Assembly: GCA_965644265.1 (NCBI GenBank)
Contig: OZ286476.1
Coordinates: 31,062,001-31,126,000, forward strand
DNA length: 64,000 nucleotides
Source of the DNA: Glycera tridactyla
Taxonomy: Eukaryota
Direction: 5' to 3'
Shown here: positions 59,501 to 64,000 of the stretch, one piece after another
Numbering within the stretch: position 1 is the stretch's first letter
Layout of the letters: each line of letters starts with the position of its first letter
Program-made: the position numbers and the translations under genes
Notes under the pieces: model-generated
Told to the model about the DNA's origin: nothing
The model's input: only the letters and a program-made list of their open reading frames with translations
Database searches by the model: none

Positions 59501-60030
59501 AAATATCGATTCAGAAGAGTAGGGTATCTTGATGATCACAGTAGCCAATTGTTTGGTCATGTCTTTGTATGCGATAACGGTTCAGAAGAGTAGAGTATCT
59601 TTATGGTCACAGTAGCCAATTGTTTGGTGATGTCTTTGTATGAAATATCGATTCAGAAGAGTAGGGTATCTTGATGATCACAGTAGCCAATTGTTTGGTC
59701 ATGTCTTTGTATGCGATAACGGTTCAGAAGAGTAGAGTATCTTTATGGTCACAGTAGCCAATTGTTTGGTGATGTCTTTGTATGAAATATCGGTTCAGAA
59801 GAATAGGGTATCTTAATGATCACAGCAGCCAATTTCAGGGTGATGTCCTTGTATGAGATAATGGTTCAGATGAGTAGGGTATCTTAATGATCACAGCAGC
59901 CAATTTCAGGGTGATGTCCTACTATGAGATAATGGTTCAAAAGAGTAGGGTATCTTCATGATCCCAGCAGCCAATTTCAGGGTGATGTCCTTGTATGAGA
60001 TAAAGATTTAGAAGTAGAGTATCTTTTGAT
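56552..60030. repeat. 71-bp satellite array, 49 monomers, with 142-bp dimer higher-order structure
   Basis: First monomer at 56552, last at 59960 (48x71 exactly). Interior alternates ..GGTCATGTCTTTGTATGCGATAACGG.. and ..GGTGATGTCTTTGTATGAAATATCGA.. Confidence 0.98.
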
Positions 60031-60787
60031 TAATTTTTGTCCTAATTTTATCATCGATGAAGCTCTTTCAGATTTTCTCTAAATTGTTCAATGTCACTGA
60101 CATTGAAATCAGGGTATCTATCGACATGCCAGTTCCAATATTGAGCAGTTCGGTGCCTGAAGTTTTGGTCATTAGTGATACAACCATTATTAACATGGTC
60201 ATCATCATAATCTTCATAGGTATGAAGAGTATTAATATCAGATTCATCATAACTATCATCAAATTCATTAGTGATACTCATTTCAATGGTGTTTCTATCA
60301 GATGTCAGTATGATTGCCGTGTGATTGTGTGCAGATTTATCAACCTAATACAGGTATTGCACTGAGATAAAAGCCAACGACATGTTGCGAAAAACTATGA
60401 CATGTGCCAGCGTTATATCTTGATCCAGGCTCCATGGTTGAGGTAACCCTAATAACCACTTACGCCATAAACATGGCATATGCTGTAGATAGGTCCTAAT
60501 CCGGGCATTATGATGAGATGGAGTACAGTCATGCCAGAGACCAGTATTGGATCACATTTCATAATACCACCATGTTGACCACCATACGACCACCATGTTG
60601 ATGACGTCTGAATGGAACATCATCCAGGGTAATTAATTGGTGAGGTTAAAGCTGGGATAAACCACACTCGACAAATTAGTGATCTGTTCTACATTCCCGC
60701 CCAATCATATTATGTAAGCTGATTATTCTATATTCATGTCCATTTGGGTGCAGACTCCAGCGTGTCATTGGCCTAATACAGGTGTTG

Positions 60788-60965
60788 AAAAATGGTTTTG
60801 TTTTAGGTCCACTTTCTGCACTTGAGTAGGCTAAATCGGACCACCTGCCAAGGAGGAGCGAAGATGAAGGGTGAACATTCCTGCATGGTAGGCCCGGGTA
60901 TTGAACCCCGGACCCATGGCATGCCGGCCCAGTGCGCTACCACTGAGCCACCGAGGCAGGCCGGC
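60788..60965 (-). mobile_element. tRNA-derived SINE (178 bp) with 11-bp target-site duplication
   Basis: Minus strand has A box TGGCTCAGTGG and B box GGTTCAATACC; flanked by TACAGGTGTTG at 60777-60787 and 60966-60976; single empty site at 52742-52752. Confidence 0.9.
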
Positions 60966-63900
60966 TACAGGTGTTGCACTGAGATATGTCACAAAATCTA
61001 TGACATGTACTGGCGTTATATCTTAATCCAGGCAATATGGTTTAGGCAAGCCTAATGACCACTTTACCATAAACATGGCATATGCTGTAGATGGGTCTTA
61101 ATCTGGGCAATATGATGAGATTGAGTACAGTCATGTCAGAGACCAGTCTCAGTCCACATTAAATACTAAATGAATTGCATGACCACCATGTCAATGATGT
61201 CTGGAGGGAACATGATATAGAGTAATTATTTGATGAGGTTAAAGCAGAGATAAAGCACACCTGACAAATTATTAACTCACATCACATTCCCGCCCAATCA
61301 TATTTTGAATGCTGATGCTTTTTTATATCCATGGTGACCTTGATCGCGCATGGTAGATATTGCAGCAATTGAATAGATGGTGTCATTCCCCATTATGATT
61401 ATGTAATCCTTCCAATATGACAATGGAATAAAACCAGTCATCCGACAGGCTTGTAGGAGTATTCCCTCCTTTTCCTTAAGATGCAACCTTGGCAAGAAGT
61501 TTATATCTGATTAAATCCCCATTATCAAGAACAGCAGGAAGCAATGTTTCAGACGAACCGGGCTTTTGTCCCATTTATCCCAATATCAAAATAAATGGCA
61601 TTGCTCCTGTGGATCGATGTTCACAAAAATATACGTTGTACTAAAAGATGTTATAAGCGTGATCAGCATTACATGTTGAATCCCATTGTTTGCCAAGCTC
61701 TAATGAAATCATAAATCTATAAAGTCATCTCAATTCTCACACAGGGAACTCAAATATTGGTTCAAAAGTATAAGAGACACATAAATAGAGTTGTAGATAC
61801 ATATTTTAATTTGTATATGGTTCACATAATATAATGTAAATGACAGATCATAAATTGAACGAGACGATATTGAATATCACAGTATCCAATTGACAAAAAG
61901 TCAGTCATACTCATAATTCAATAAATAAATTCAATTTGAATATTCAGATCTGAACCAGATAACACGTATGACAAGTATGGAAGAATTCATAATACATAAA
62001 TACCAGTGAATATCAGAATAATACAACTCATGATATACAAGTACACAGGCTATTCATGATTGACCGACAATGTGAGGTACCTCATTGCATAACACAATTA
62101 GAACCCCCAAAGAGTCTGGTGTTTGAGCTCAAACCTTACTGAATGTGATATCTATCTCTCTTGCTCCAACGTTGACTTGGGCGCTTGTCGAGTGGCCACT
62201 GTAGCTAGCTGGAAATAAAACAAAGTCAAAGACACTGTGTCTAGATAGTTAGTGCACACTTGGTATATAACTTGAAAGTTTGGGTTAAAGACCAACGATG
62301 AAGAATCGACTTTAAAAGTTAATATAATGGTGGCCACCTAGTTGCACATGTGAAGACGAACCGTTGATATATATTCCATGTTCAGCTAGTATATGATAGC
62401 AGCGAATACTAGAACGCGTATCGTAGATGGAAGAAGGAGTATAGAGGAGTTTTCATTCCTCTTGAGAAACGTATCCTATCTCATATTGAAGTACGATCAA
62501 ATCTCACCGTATGAAGTGACTATTTCCCACACATCTCATATGGGAATAGTGTGTCAAACACACTATAGGTACAGCTGGCGGAATATAGGCATATCTGCCT
62601 ACAATAGCTGCATTCCGTATGCCAGGATGGCGACGTGTTAATGAAGTGGCCTGAAGAGTACGCACCTCTCCAGTTACGACATCTCAGACGTGCTGGTCAC
62701 TGCAAGAAGATAAAAAAAGTCTCCTACCAACTATCCAAGTATCATAAAGAAAAGTTTTGATTCACAAAGTATCTGTAAACAACTCTAAGTTTTTAATTTG
62801 TTTGTTGCGTGCACTTAGTTACTTGCAGTTGCCAGATCTATTATAGTGGGAAGGCAGGATCCCACTTTATTCCCCACTAACTAAATAGCATAAGAATTTA
62901 AACTACAAGTTACCATTGATCAAGTTACTAGAAATATTTCAACCTTCAGTTGAAGAGATTGTCAAAAGACAATCAGCAAGTATCACCGTTGAAAAGAAAT
63001 CTCAATGCACTTAAGCCATTATCAACGGAGCAGGCACTGAGCCAACTAAGTTAATAAATCAATGAACAAGGCATTAAAATATCATCAGCTGTATCAGAGA
63101 GAGCTAAGTTCACGGGGAATGAACTAGAAAGGTGGACACACCAAGTCCTCTCTCAGTCAGCTGGGATCATGATGCAGCAGCAATACAGCGAAAAAGTTGA
63201 AGTCCAACTGTCTGCATGAAAAGAGCAAGCACGCTTTTCAAAATAAAAAATAGTCAAGTCCTCATCAAATCAAATTCAAAAATTTGAATAAATTCTAAGT
63301 TAAGAATCCAAGATAGAGAAATTAATCTATTCAGAGCAGGTGGTCTTTATAGACAGATTCAGATGAAGTCACCACTCACCGAAGCAAGGGGAAAGATCTG
63401 AAATCAACCCAAGTTTCCCCTCCCTGTCGCTGTGAGTATAACCTACCTAACATAGACCGGAACGCACTAAGTCACAACTGCAGCAGCAGCGGGTCTACGT
63501 TCCGATCTACCAAGTCCGTGCTAAGTTCGAATTCTAAAATTCACCAAATCCCAATTTCAACTCATTTCAAGCCATTTGGTAATGCCTAAAGTCGAAATTA
63601 GTCATGTAATTCCAGAAATATAAGAGCGAAATGCATTTACATGCAGTCCCATATGTCACAAACCACAAACACAAATGTGCTTACAGTGTAAGACCATGAG
63701 TAAGTCCGGTAAGCACCGTGCTAAGTTTTAGTCAACGCGCTAAGTTCGCGCTGTCAAATCACAAATAGCGATAAAGCCAGCACACTGAAGTTCTACAAAA
63801 GCAATCCGCATATAGCGAGAAACAATTCCGATCAATTTTAAAGCAGCTAAAAGCTTTTATCAAAAGTGAAAAAGTTTCAAACTTGTTGAAAAGTGTAAAG

Positions 63901-64000
63901 TGGATCGGAAGCTCAAAGTGAGGCTCATACATGTGGCGGATGGAAATCCAAAATGGCGGATTGTTTACATCTGACCGATCAGTCAGAAACAGCTGTTCAT

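Larger units (their letters stand above)
55275..61400. repeat. Segmental duplication, copy 2 (expanded by insertions and satellite)
   Basis: Colinear with 51690-53190 but carries SINE B (55790-56226), the 71-bp satellite, block 60030-60670 and a tRNA-SINE. Confidence 0.85.

Overview
Animal genomic DNA. The repeat types suggest an invertebrate, possibly a lophotrochozoan or mollusc (inference). It is repeat-rich, with six N-runs that abut microsatellites. The main feature, which the ORF track misses because of splicing, is one complete + strand gene that I assembled by hand. It has a TATA/Inr promoter (~13846-13877), a non-coding first exon and 9 coding exons (18219-30804). All GT-AG junctions are phase-compatible and sum to 1263 nt. 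The product is a 420-aa secreted protein: signal peptide, a strongly basic pro-segment, then three CUB domains and nothing else. The donor of its coding exon 4 has been amplified into a 36-unit, 31-bp minisatellite that repeats the exon/intron junction. The rest is mostly non-autonomous mobile DNA: a ~440-bp TIR MITE family clustered at 6-20 kb, pogo/Tigger-like MITEs, several SINE families, RTE, L2 and Penelope remnants, and DINE-1/HINE-type Helentron elements with stacked 3' termini nested in a larger TIR element. The 51.7-61.4 kb region is a diverged tandem duplication carrying four different tandem arrays. One is a 49-monomer satellite with 71/142/852-bp periodicity. No intact transposase, rRNA/tRNA gene or CRISPR array is evident, and most short ORFs in the track are spurious.
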